The position numbers and the translations under genes are program-made. Positions 30,001-43,100 of a stretch of 64,000 nucleotides of DNA are shown here, in pieces; the first letter of the stretch is position 1; every line of letters begins with the position of its first letter. Under the pieces are notes generated by a model. The model was not told where the DNA came from. It ran no database searches and saw only the letters and a list, made by a program, of their open reading frames with translations. The DNA comes from Yuukianura sp. NJ FZ-2021 (Eukaryota): NCBI GenBank assembly GCA_046563655.1, contig JAJCTO010000010.1, forward strand, positions 62,001 through 126,000, in the 5' to 3' direction.

Positions 30001-32447
30001 ACATAAGACTGTAACTGCCGGAAAATCGACGCATTGATTCGCTTTCGAAGTACCACAAATGCTTTTAAAGACCTGTCAAACACACAACACAAAACGGTGT
30101 CAGGGATAACGTTTTGAATGCTGCAATGTGGCACTTACAATATATCGCAATTCAGGCAGGCGAGAGCCCCATGATACATAAGTTTTTGGGTTCACAACTG
30201 CGATTAAAAAAACACGAGTTCTAGTTTGTATTGGAAATTTGCCATATTTCACTGATTACATAGCATGACGTTGCTTCTTACATAAGACTGTAACTGCCGG
30301 AAAATCGACGCATTGATTCGCTTTCGAAGTACCACAAATGCTTTTAAAGACCTGTCAAACACACAACACAAAACGGTGTCAGGGATAACGTTTTGAATGC
30401 TGCAATGTGGCACTTACAATATATCGCAATTCAGGCAGGCGAGAGCCCCATGATACATAAGTTTTTGGGTTCACAACTGCGATTAAAAAAACACGAGTTC
30501 TAGTTTGTATTGGAAATTTGCCATATTTCACTGATTACATAGCATGACGTTGCTTCTTACATAAGACTGTAACTGCCGGAAAATCGACGCATTGATTCGC
30601 TTTCGAAGTACCACAAATGCTTTTAAAGACCTGTCAAACACACAACACAAAACGGTGTCAGGGATAACGTTTTGAATGCTGCAATGTGGCACTTACAATA
30701 TATCGCAATTCAGGCAGGCGAGAGCCCCATGATACATAAGTTTTTGGGTTCACAACTGCGATTAAAAAACACGAGTTCTAGTTTGTGTTGGAAATTTGCC
30801 ATATTTCACTGATTACATAGCATGACGTTGCTTCTTACATAAGACTGTAACTGCCGGAAAATCGACGCATTGATTCGCTTTCGAAGTACCACAAATGCTT
30901 TTAAAGACCTGTCAAACACACAACACCAAACGGTTTCAGGGATAACGTTTTGAATGCTGCAATGTGGCACTTACAATATATCGCAATTCAGGCAGGCGAG
31001 AGCCCCATGATACATAAGTTTTTGGGTTCACAACTGCGATTAAAAAAACACGAGTTCTAGTTTGTATTGGAAATTTGCCATATTTCACTGATTACATAGC
31101 ATGACGTTGCTTCTTACATAAGACTGTAACTGCCGGAAAATCGACGCATTGATTCGCTTTCGAAGTACCACAAATGCTTTTAAAGACCTGTCAAACACAC
31201 AACACAAAACGGTGTCAGGGATAACGTTTTGAATGCTGCAATGTGGCACTTACAATATATCGCAATTCAGGCAGGCGAGAGCCCCATGATACATAAGTTT
31301 TTGGGTTCACAACTGCGATTAAATAACACGAGTTCTAGTTTGTATTGGAAATTTGCCATATTTCACTGATTACATAGCATGACGTTGCTTCTTACATAAG
31401 ACTGTAACTGCCGGAAAATCGACGCATTGATTCGCTTTCGAAGTACCACAAATGCTTTTAAAGACCTGTCAAACACACAACACAAAACGGTGTCAGGGAT
31501 AACGTTTTGAATGCTGCAATGTGGCACTTACAATATATCGCAATTCAGGCAGGCGAGAGCCCCATGATACATAAGTTTTTGGGTTCACAACTGCGATTAA
31601 AAAAACACGAGTTCTAGTTTGTATTGGAAATTTGCCATATTTCACTGATTACATAGCATGACGTTGCTTCTTACATAAGACTGTAACTGCCGGAAAATCG
31701 ACGCATTGATTCGCTTTCGAAGTACCACAAATGCTTTTAAAGACCTGTCAAACACACAACACAAAACGGTGTCAGGGATAACGTTTTGAATGCTGCAATG
31801 TGGCACTTACAATATATCGCAATTCAGGCAGGCGAGAGCCCCATGATACATAAGTTTTTGGGTTCACAACTGCGATTAAAAAAACACGAGTTCTAGTTTG
31901 TGTTGGAAATTTGCCATATTTCACTGATTACATAGCATGACGTTGCTTCTTACATAAGACTGTAACTGCCGGAAAATCGTCGCATTGATTCACTTTGAAG
32001 TACCACAAATGCTTTTAAAGACCTGTCAAAAACACAACACAAAACGGTGTCAAGGATAACGTTTTGAATGCTGCATTACGGCACTTACAATATATCGCAA
32101 TCCAGGCAGGCGAGAGCCCAATGATATATAAGTTTTTGGGTTCACAACTGCAATCAAAAAAACACGAGCTCTAGTTTGTGTTGGAAATTTGCAATATTTC
32201 ACGGATTACATGACATGACGTTGCTTCTTACATAAGACTGAAACAGCACGAAAATCGACGCATTGATTCACTTTGAAGTACCACAAATGCTTTTAAAGAC
32301 CTGTCAAACACACAACACCAAACGGTTTCAGGGATAACGTTTGAATGCTGCAATGTGGCACTTACAATATATCGCAATTCAAGCAGGCGAGAGCCCCATG
32401 ATACATAAGTTTTTGGGTTCACAACTGCGATTAAAAAAACACGAGTT
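1..32447. repeat. 279-bp tandem satellite array, left block (about 116 monomers, continues beyond window start)
   Basis: GGTGTCAGGGATAACG at 1 recurs at 280 and every 277-280 bp after that, in near-identical head-to-tail copies. The block ends at ...ACACGAGTT (32447), where the LTR begins. Confidence 0.99.
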
Positions 32448-32763
32448 TGTAGAAAGTGGCTACATAACTTTAATTTAATATTTATTCTAAGATTTATTCA
32501 GAGTTATAACGCCATCTCTTGAAGAGTTTGGCACTTTTTTCTTGTTAAGTTAGATAAAAATGTTGGTAGAAAAAGGAGGAAGTGTGCGTGTATATGCAAT
32601 ACAAGGGAGAGAGAACATTGTTAGTAGTAATAAGATCGTCGTTAATTAAACTACTAAAAAGCACTTCAACCTTTAGCATTACTACAAATCATTTTTCCAC
32701 AAAGGACAACTGGTATTTCGAGTAGTGTTCTCGAAACGGGTAGTTTTGACGGCACTCTCAACA
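32448..32763 (+). repeat. 5' LTR (about 316 bp)
   Basis: TG...CA termini with an imperfect terminal inverted repeat, TGTAGAAAGTG / CACTCTCAACA (9/11 complementary). ATTAAA at 32645-32650. A PBS-like sequence follows after 4 nt. There is no second LTR to confirm the 3' boundary. Confidence 0.75.
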
Positions 32764-32767
32764 TTTA

Positions 32768-32785
32768 TGGTGACCCTGGCCGGAC
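32768..32785 (+). other. Primer-binding site (tRNA 3'-end complement, possibly Trp-like)
   Basis: TGGTGACCCTGGCCGGAC; its reverse complement GT-CCGGC-CAGGGTC-A-CCA fits the T-stem/acceptor/discriminator/CCA layout of a tRNA 3' end. The first 9 nt match the eukaryotic tRNA-Trp end (..GGGTCACCA). The tRNA identity is not certain. Confidence 0.65.
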
Positions 32786-32823
32786 CATCTTTTGTGGACA
32801 TCGATTGATAATTGGATATCCGC

Positions 32824-33059
32824 CTTGCCACTTTGTGGGCCCCACCCTGAGCATTCAGGGGCAATACAGGTGATATAATTCCACTTATTTCATAACTAAG
32901 TCCAAGTACGAAGGAAGACACTGTCGAACTTCTGAGGATATACGATAGCAGATCCAAGTAACCGAGGGACGCATTGCTGACCTCGTGAGGATACGCTAGA
33001 CGATCAATTGAACGTTAATTGACTTGCCACTTTGTGGGCCCCGCCCCGAGCATTCGGGG
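32824..33059 (+). repeat. Two 37-bp direct repeats in the retrotransposon 5' UTR (32824-32860 and 33023-33059), each with hairpins
   Basis: CTTGCCACTTTGTGGGCCCCaCCCtGAGCATTCaGGG versus CTTGCCACTTTGTGGGCCCCgCCCcGAGCATTCgGGG: 34/37 identical, 199 bp apart. Confidence 0.9.
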
Positions 33060-33153
33060 ATAGATAAGGTCGATACAGTACCATAAAGGACCTTAGAACG
33101 AACGTTGTACTAATCCTGTCTTTTTGGTCTGAGTTACCTCCCTAGCAGAGACA

Positions 33154-36100
33154 ATGGAACGGGAAAGGCGACTGAGACGACCATTGAGAGCACAACTGAC
33201 TAGAACTACAAACCAGATCGACGAGGAACTTGCGAAGGAGGAGCCTGATTTCCAACTGTTGCGTGTACATTTGTTCAAGTTGGAGAAGGCGATGACTGAC
33301 CTTAGCGGAATCGATCAATCGATCATGGACGCGATGCTGAACGCAGATTGCACTGATGAAGAACAAGACGAGGAGACGAAGGTGGTGGAAGAGTACAGCG
33401 ACAAGTACGTCACTGCAAAATTGAAGGTCGAAGGAGTACTCTTCCGTCCAGATCCAGTTCGCTCTAACTCACCACACGAAAGTCAATCTGTTACATCTCG
33501 TACAACGAACCAAGAACATAAAAGGAGCTTCAAACTGCCAAAAACTGAACTCCGGACGTTTAACGGAGATCTCAAGGAGTGGTTGAGTTTCTGGTCACAA
33601 TTTCAAAAGATTGACGAGGACGAGACTCTACATGCAACTGATAAGTTCCAGTACCTCATTCAAGCACTCGACAAAGGTACTGAACCGAGAGAGCTCGTAA
33701 CCAGTTTCCCATAGACAGCTGAGAACTATCCAAAAGCAGTTGAAGCACTGAAAGAGCGTTTTGGAACTGAGTCACTGCTGATCCAAGTTTATGTTCGGGA
33801 GCTGCTGAAACTCGCCATCCACAATGTGACTCAGAAGGAGAAAATTCCAGTGTCCAAGATGTACTTACAGATTGAATCACATCTCCGCGCACTGGATTCA
33901 CTCAAGTTGGCTTCTGCAGATCCGTCAACGTGGCTTTTCCCTTTGGTCGAATCCAGCCTTCCAGAAGATACACTGAGAGCCTGGCAGCGAAGTACACTTT
34001 CGACTGGCCAAGGGACGAGTGGAGACAACAAAACCAATTTGGACCGGCTCATGGAGTTTTTGAAATCTGAAGTGAAGAATGAGCAGAGGATCCAGTTGGC
34101 ACAGGAGGGTTTCCAGAGCATGAGTCTTACCCAGAAAAATCAAAAAAGGAACTCGAATGCTTCTGAAACGTCAAGAATGAAGAATCAAAGAGAAAAGAGC
34201 GACGTTCCTACTGCTGCTGGTCTCTTCTCTGGAAATGCATCAAACTGTATCTTTTGTTACAAGGCACACGAGAGCAAGGATTGTGGAAAAACCCAGAAGA
34301 TGACGATTGAAGAAATGAACAGCAAAATCAGAAACAAGAATGCCTGTTTTCTCTGTCTCAAAGTGGGTCACAACTCTAAGAAATGTAGATCTTTTGTAAG
34401 CTGTCTCCTCTGTCACAAGAAACATCAGACTCTAATGTGTCCCGAGGTCAAGAAAAAGAATGAGCACAACAAACAGGAGCCTAAGAAGGATGACACAGTA
34501 GTAACTACGCAGAATAATCTTAGTTGTACTACTGAAGTGCTACTTCAGACCCTATTGGTCACTGCAGTAAACAACGGAAAGAAGAAGACGCTACGAGTAC
34601 TTTGTGATCCTGGAGCGCAGCATTCTTACATCTTACAGACGACTGCCCGAGACCTCGAACTCTTACCAAGTGGACAAGTCGTACTCAGACACACTCTTTT
34701 CAGTGGAAGAAATTACACACAAGAACACAACAAGTACGAAGTTCATCTTCAGCCGCATGGACGGAGTAAGGGTGAGACTGGAACTATTCAAGTACTCGAC
34801 CAGAGCAAAATCTGTGAAGCGGTTCCACGTATGCCGAAAGGACCCTGGATGGAGGAGCTTAAGAAGAAAAACATTTGGCTCTCAGATGTCGGCAGTGGAT
34901 CACCAGAAGTCGAGATGCTGATCGGTTCGGACTACTACACAAAGATGTTTACTGGAAGAAGTCACCAATTACAAAACGGACTTCTAGCAATTGAAACGAA
35001 GTTTGGCTGGACTCTTTCAGGACAAGTAAATAATTCTGAAGAAAGTACCGCAAGATCCGCCATCTCTATGCACATTTTGGCTGAAGAAGTGACAGTTACA
35101 AGTTTCTGGGACTTGGACACAATTGGTATCAAGGATCCTGCAGAGCACAAGTCGAAGATGGAAGTTGAACAAGAAACTAAACAACACTTCCTTCAGTCTG
35201 TCACTCGGAGCGATGATGGCAGGTACAAGGTGAAGCTGCCATGGATTGACGAAGCTCCTGACATCCCCAGTAACAGAGCGATCGCCGAACGGAGACTCTT
35301 GAATGCTACTAAGAAGTTACAAGACAAGGGTCAACTGAAGGCGTACCATGAAATTTTTCAGAGCTGGCTGCAGGAGGGATTTGTTGAAAAGGTCACTGGG
35401 ACAGCTTCAGACGGTCACTACCTCCCTCACCATCCAGTTTTCAAGCCAGAAAGTCTAACGACTCCTGTCAGGCCGGTGTTTGATGCATCCTGCAAGACGA
35501 AAAGAGCAGCATCACTGAACGACTGCCTGCACAAAGGCCCAAACCTGATGGAATTAATCCCATCTGTTCTTCTGAGGTTTCGGGAAAACAAGATCGGAGT
35601 AATCAGTGACATCCGGAAAGCGTTCCAGATGATCGAAGTGGAAGAAGATGACAGAAACTTTTTGAAGTTTCTGTGGTGGGAGGAGCCTGACGGGAGGACA
35701 CTACAAGAATTCAGACACAAGAGAGTCGTTTTTGGTGTCAACTGTAGCCCCTTCTTGTTAGCAGCAGTACTCGAACTCCACTTGAAGAACGTCGACCCGG
35801 AAGACAAAGAAGTAGCAGGAAAGCTATGGAGGTCACTTTATGTTGATAATTGTGTGACGTCCCTGAACAGCAACGAGGAGTACAAGAAGTTCCGGAACGA
35901 TTCGACATCTCTATTGGCACAAGCGAAGATGGAGTTGAGATGCTGGGAGTACGGAAGTATCGATGCCACACTAACCGATGAATCTGGAAAAGAAGTTACA
36001 TCAGTTCTTGGGATCAAGTGGGACAAAAGAAGAGACGAACTAAAAATTGACTTGACACAGTCCCCACTTCCCACAGCCATCACTAAGAGAACTATTCTGT

Positions 36101-37107
36101 CTGCGGTTCACAAGGTTTTTGATCCTATGGGTTTCGTCACTCCTGCGCTCATTCCGCCGAAACTCATTCTGCAAGAGGCCTGGGCCAAGGATGTGACTTG
36201 GGATGAAGAACTTGAGGATGACATGGCAGCTCGTTTTCGTTCGTGGCTACAAGAAGCATCGGCATTGCGAGACACAACAGTTCCCAGGGATTTGAATCCA
36301 TACCGAGTGGAACCGACAAGATTGTCTGTCCATGTTTTCTGTGACGCAAGCAAAGATGCCTATGCTACCGTTATCTACTTGAGGGCCGAACACGGAGACG
36401 ATGTCAGCGTGAGATTCGTCCAAGCCAAAGCACGCGTAGCACCATTGAAGAAAGCAAAGGGCAAAGATGGTACCAGTACAGAAAAGAAATTAAGTATTTT
36501 GCGCCTTGAGCTGATGGGAGCTACAATCGGGGCCAGAATGCTGCAAACTACAAAGGAGTCGTTGGGCTTGGAGGGCGTGACAGAATATTTCTGGAGTGAC
36601 TCGACTACGGTTATTTCTTGGATCCAACGTAACGACGATTGGGGGACCTTCGTTGGAAACCGAGTCAAAGAGATTTTGTCGCTCACGAAGTCTGAAGACT
36701 GGCGTCACGTTCCCGGAAAGATGAACCCCGCCGATCTGCCCTCCCGTGGATGTACAGCTACTCAGTTGTTGGATTCAGACTGGAGCTCAGGACCGAAATG
36801 GCTTTACGACCGAAAAGAAAATTGGCCAACTTTTGGTATATGCGCAGTAAACGAAGAGGAAGTGATAGCTGAGAGGAAGAAAACCACCCGAACGATGACA
36901 GTAATCTCCGAATCAGCACGCTTTCAACTTCCGTTTTCAGTCTACACGAAAAATATCAAGGTCATGGCGTGGGTTCTCAGATTCGTCAGGAATATTAGAC
37001 ATCCAAAAGAAAAACGGGACTTGTCACAGTATCACACAATCAAGAAAATGAGAGACGCTCAGAACCAACTCAATATATCGCAATTCAAGCAGGCGAGAGC
37101 CCCATGA
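33154..37107 (+). pseudogene. BEL/Pao gag-pol polyprotein, single frame, with a premature TAG at 33712-33714 and a C-terminal truncation
   Basis: ORFs 33154-33714 and 33826-37107 are in the same frame (offset 672). Reading through the TAG gives SFP*TAENYPKAVEALKERFG, a typical BEL gag segment. Zn knuckles at about 34246-34440, protease D-P-G at 34606, RT YVDN at 35839, RNaseH DAS at 36343, NPAD at 36724. The last 11 codons and the stop come from satellite DNA. Confidence 0.92.
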
Positions 37108-40100
37108 TACATAAGTTTTTGGGTTCACAACTGCGATTAAAAAAACACGAGTTCTAGTTTGTGTTGGAAATTTGCCATACTTCACTGGTTACATAGCATG
37201 ACGTTGCTTCTTACGTAATACTGTAACTGCCGGAAAATCGACGCATTGATTCGCTTTCGAAGTACCACAAATGCTTTTAAAGACCTGTCAAACACACAAC
37301 ACAAAACGGTGTCAGGGATAACGTTTTGAATGCTGCAATGTGGCACTTACAATATATCGCAATTCAGGCAGGCGAGCGCCCCATGATACATAAGTTTTTG
37401 GGTTCGCAACTGCGATTAAAAAAACACGAGTTCTAGTTTGTGTTGGAAATTTGCCATATTTCACTGATTACATAGCATGACGTTGCTTCTTACATAATAC
37501 TGTAACTGCCGGAAAATCGACGCATTGATTCGCTTTCGAAGTACCACAAATGCTTTTAAAGACCTGTCAAACACACAACACAAAACGGTGTCAATGATAA
37601 CGTTTTGAATGCTGCAATGTGGCACTTACAATATATCGCAATTCAGGCAGGCGAGAGCCCCATGATACATAAGTTTTTGGGTTCACAACTGCGATTAAAA
37701 AAACACAAGTTCTAGTTTGTGTTGGAAATTTGCAATATTTCACGGATTACATGACATGACGTTGCTTCTTACATAAGACTGAAACAGCACGAAAATCGAC
37801 GCATTGATTCACTTTGAAGTACCACAAATGCTTTTAAAGACCTGTCAAACACACAACACCAAACGGTTTCAGGGATAACGTTTGAATGCTGCAATGTGGC
37901 ACTTACAATATATCGCAATTCAAGCAGGCGAGAGCCCCATGATACATAAGTTTTTGGGTTCACAACTGCGATTAAAAAACACGAGTTCTAGTTTGTATTG
38001 GAAATTTGCCATATTTCACTGATTACATAGCATGACGTTGCTTCTTACATAAGACTGTAACTGCCGGAAAATCGACGCATTGATTCGCTTTCGAAGTACC
38101 ACAAATGCTTTTAAAGACCTGTCAAACACACAACACAAAACGGTGTCAATGATAACGTTTTGAATGCTGCAATGTGGCACTTACAATATATCGCAATTCA
38201 GGCAGGCGAGAGCCCCATGATACATAAGTTTTTGGGTTCACAACTGCGATTAAAAAAACACGAGTTCTAGTTTGTATTGGAAATTTGCCATATTTCACTG
38301 ATTACATAGCATGACGTTGCTTCTTACATAAGACTGTAACTGCCGGAAAATCGACGCATTGATTCGCTTTCGAAGTACCACAAATGCTTTTAAAGACCTG
38401 TCAAACACACAACACAAAACGGTGTCAGGGATAACGTTTTGAATGCTGCAATGTGGCACTTACAATATATCGCAATTCAGGCAGGCGAGAGCCCCATGAT
38501 ACATAAGTTTTTGGGTTCACAACTGCGATTAAAAAAACACGAGTTCTAGTTTGTATTGGAAATTTGCCATATTTCACTGATTACATAGCATGACGTTGCT
38601 TCTTACATAAGACTGTAACTGCCGGAAAATCGACGCATTGATTCGCTTTCGAAGTACCACAAATGCTTTTAAAGACCTGTCAAACACACAACACAAAACG
38701 GTGTCAGGGATAACGTTTTGAATGCTGCAATGTGGCACTTACAATATATCGCAATTCAGGCAGGCGAGAGCCCATGATACATAAGTTTTTGGGTTCACAA
38801 CTGCGATTAAAAAAACACGAGTTCTAGTTTGTGTTGGAAATTTGCCATATTTCACTGATTACATAGCATGGCGTTGCTTCTTACATAAGACTGTAACTGC
38901 CGGAAAATCGACGCATTGATTCGCTTTCGAAGTACCACAAATGCTTTTAAAGACCTGTCAAACACACAACACAAAACGGTGTCAGGGATAACGTTTTGAA
39001 TGCTGCGATGTGGCACTTACAATATATCGCAATTCAGGCAGGCGAGAGCCCCATGATACATAAGTTTTTGGGTTCACAACTGCGATTAAAAAAACACAAG
39101 TTCTAGTTTGTGTTGGAAATTCGCAATATTTCACGGATTGCATGACATGACGTTGCTTCTTACATAAGACTGAAACAGCACGAAAATCGACGCATTGATT
39201 CACTTTGAAGTACCACAAATGTGTTTAAAGACCTGCCAAATACACAACACCAAACGGTTTCAGGGATAACGTTTGAATGCTGCAATATGGCACTTACAAT
39301 ATATCGCAATTCAGGCAGGCGAGAGCCCCATGATACATAAGTTTTTGGGTTCACAACTGCGATTAAAAAAACACGAGTTCTAGTTTGTATTGGAAATTTG
39401 CTATATTTCACTGATTACATAGCATGGCGTTGCTTCTTACATAAGACTGTAACTGCCGGAAAATCGACGCATTGATTCGCTTTCGAAGTACCACAAATGC
39501 TTTTAAAGACCTGTCAAACACACAACACAAAACGGTGTCAGGGATAACGTTTTGAATGCTGCAATGTGGCACTTACAATATATCGCAATTCAGGCAGGCG
39601 AGAGCCCCATGATACATAAGTTTTTGGGTTCACAACTGCGATTAAAAAAACACGAGTTCTAGTTTGTATTGGAAATTTGCCATATTTCACTGATTGTATA
39701 GCATGACGTTGCTTCTTACATAAGACTGTAACTGCCGGAAAATCGACGCATTGATTCGCTTTCGAAGTACCACAAATGCTTTTAAAGACCTGTCAAACAC
39801 ACAACACAAAACGGTGTCAGGGATAACGTTTTGAATGCTGCAATGTGGCACTTACAATATATCGCAATTCAGGCAGGCGAGAGCCCCATGATACATAAGT
39901 TTTTGGGTTCACAACTGCGATTAAAAAAACACGACTTCTAGTTTGTATTGGAAATTTGCCATATTTCACTGATTACATAGCATGACGTTGCTTCTTACAT
40001 AAGACTGTAACTGCCGGAAAATCGACGCATTGATTCGCTTTCGAAGTACCACAAATGCTTTTAAAGACCTGTCAAACACACAACACAAAACGGTGTCAGG

Positions 40101-43100
40101 GATAACGTTTTGAATGCTGCAATGTGGCACTTACAATATATCGCAATTCAGGCAGGCGAGAGCCCCATGATACATAAGTTTTTGGGTTCACAACTGCGAT
40201 TAAAAAAACACGACTTCTAGTTTGTATTGGAAATTTGCCATATTTCACTGATTACATAGCATGACGTTGCTTCTTACATAAGACTGTAACTGCCGGAAAA
40301 TCGACGCATTGATTCGCTTTCGAAGTACCACAAATGCTTTTAAAGACCTGTCAAACACACAACACAAAACGGTGTCAGGGATAACGTTTTGAATGCTGCA
40401 ATGTGGCACTTACAATATATCGCAATTCAGGCAGGCGAGAGCCCCATGATACATAAGTTTTTGGGTTCACAACTGCGATTAAAAAAACACGAGTTCTAGT
40501 TTGTATTGGAAATTTGCCATATTTCACTGATTACATAGCATGACGTTGCTTCTTACATAAGACTGTAACTGCCGGAAAATCGACGCATTGATTCGCTTTC
40601 GAAGTACCACAAATGCTTTTAAAGACCTGTCAAACACACAACACAAAACGGTGTCAGGGATAACGTTTTGAATGCTGCAATGTGGCACTTACAATATATC
40701 GCAATTCAGGCAGGCGAGAGCCCCATGATACATAAGTTTTTGGGTTCACAACTGCGATTAAAAAAACACGAGTTCTAGTTTGTATTGGAAATTTGCCATA
40801 TTTCACTGATTACATAGCATGACGTTGCTTCTTACATAAGACTGTAACTGCCGGAAAATCGACGCATTGATTCGCTTTCGAAGTACCACAAATGCTTTTA
40901 AAGACCTGTCAAACACACAACACAAAACGGTGTCAGGGATAACGTTTTGAATGCTGCAATGTGGCACTTACAATATATCGCAATTCAGGCAGGCGAGAGC
41001 CCCATGATACATAAGTTTTTGGGTTCACAACTGCGATTAAAAAAACACGAGTTCTAGTTTGTATTGGAAATTTGCCATATTTCACTGATTACATAGCATG
41101 ACGTTGCTTCTTACATAAGACTGTAACTGCCGGAAAATCGACGCATTGATTCGCTTTCGAAGTACCACAAATGCTTTTAAAGACCTGTCAAACACACAAC
41201 ACAAAACGGTGTCAGGGATAACGTTTTGAATGCTGCAATGTGGCACTTACAATATATCGCAATTCAGGCAGGCGAGAGCCCCATGATACATAAGTTTTTG
41301 GGTTCACAACTGCGATTAAAAAACACGAGTTCTAGTTTGTGTTGGAAATTTGCCATATTTCACTGATTACATAGCATGACGTTGCTTCTTACATAAGACT
41401 GTAACTGCCGGAAAATCGACGCATTGATTCGCTTTCGAAGTACCACAAATGCTTTTAAAGACCTGTCAAACACACAACACAAAACGGTGTCAGGGATAAC
41501 GTTTTGAATGCTGCAATGTGGCACTTACAATATATCGCAATTCAGGCAGGCGAGAGCCCCATGATACATAAGTTTTTGGGTTCACAACTGCGATTAAAAA
41601 AACACAAGTTCTAGTTTGTGTTGGAAATTTGCAATATTTCACGGATTACATGACATGACGTTGCTTCTTACATAAGACTGAAACAGCACGAAAATCGACG
41701 CATTGATTCACTTTGAAGTACCACAAATGCTTTTAAAGACCTGTCAAATACACAACACAAAACGGTTTCACGGATAACGTTTTGAATGCTGCAATATGGC
41801 ACTTACAATATATCGCAATCCAGGCAGGCGAGAGCCCAATGATATATAAGTTTTTGGGTTCACAACTGCAATCAAAAAAACACGAGCTCTAGTTTGTGTT
41901 GGAAATTTGAAATATTTCACTGATTACATAGCATGACGTTGCTTCTTACATAAGACTGTAACTGCCGGAAAATCGACGCATTGATTCGCTTTCGAAGTAC
42001 CACAAATGCTTTTAAAGACCTGTCAAACACACAACACAAAACGGTGTCAGGGATAACGTTTTGAATGCTGCAATGTGGCACTTACAATATATCGCAATTC
42101 AGGCAGGCGAGAGCCCCATGATACATAAGTTTTTGGGTTCACAACTGCGATTAAAAAAACACAAGTTCTAGTTTGTGTTGGAAATTTGCAATATTTCACG
42201 GATTACATGACATGACGTTGCTTCTTACATAAGACTGAAACAGCGGAAAAATCGACGCATTGATTCACTTTGAAGTACCACAAATGCTTTTAAAGACCTG
42301 CAAAATACACAACACCAAACGGTTTCACGGATAACGTTTTGAATGCTGCAATATGGCACTTACAATATATCGCAATTCAGGCAGGCGAGAGCCCCATGAT
42401 ACATAAGTTTTTGGGTTCACAACTGCGATTAAAAAAACACGAGTTCTAGTTTGTATTGGAAATTTGCCATATTTCACTGATTACGTAGCATGACGTTGCT
42501 TCTTACATAAGACTGAAACTGCCGGAAAATCGACGCATTGATTCGCTTTCGAAGTACCACAAATGCTTTTAAAGACCTGTCAAACACACAACACAAAACG
42601 GTGTCAGGGATAACGTTTTGAATGCTGCAATGTGGCACTTACAATATATCGCAATTCAGGCAGGCGAGAGCCCCATGATACATAAGTTTTTGGGTTCACA
42701 ACTGCGATTAAAAAAACACGAGTTCTAGTTTGTATTGGAAATTTGCCATATTTCACTGATTACATAGCATGACGTTGCTTCTTACATAAGACTGTAACTG
42801 CCGGAAAATCGACGCATTGATTCGCTTTCGAAGTACCACAAATGCTTTTAAAGACCTGTCAAACACACAACACAAAACGGTGTCAGGGATAACGTTTTGA
42901 ATGCTGCAATGTGGCACTTACAATATATCGCAATTCAGGCAGGCGAGAGCCCCATGATACATAAGTTTTTGGGTTCACAACTGCGATTAAAAAAACACGA
43001 GTTCTAGTTTGTATTGGAAATTTGCCATATTTCACTGATTACATAGCATGACGTTGCTTCTTACATAAGACTGTAACTGCCGGAAAATCGACGCATTGAT

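Larger units (their letters stand above)
32448..37070 (+). mobile_element. BEL/Pao LTR retrotransposon, 3'-truncated (5' LTR, gag-protease-RT-RNaseH; integrase and 3' LTR missing)
   Basis: Starts with TGT at a sharp satellite junction. The ORF carries BEL/Pao-type motifs: LPKTELRTFNGDLKEWLSFWSQF (DUF1759-type gag), three CCHC knuckles, YLPHHPV, VFDAS, LNDCLHKGPNL, FGVNCSPFLL, YVDN, HVFCDAS, AKARVAP, RLEL, WSDS, FVGNRV and WRHVPGKMNPADLPSRG. Satellite resumes at 37071, before any integrase motif. Confidence 0.96.

Noticed and set aside
32448..32686. Alternative LTR end at CTACA (perfect TGTAG/CTACA)
   Set aside because: No PBS follows it directly. The 32763 end has a longer terminal IR and an adjacent tRNA-complementary site.
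33712..33714. Programmed gag-pol stop-codon readthrough
   Set aside because: The TAG lies in the middle of gag, upstream of the zinc knuckles, and BEL/Pao elements normally have a single ORF. A nonsense mutation is more likely unless other copies share it.
32682..36708. Antisense and alternate-frame ORFs within the retrotransposon
   Set aside because: They are short shadow ORFs of the LTR/UTR and gag-pol region with no motifs.
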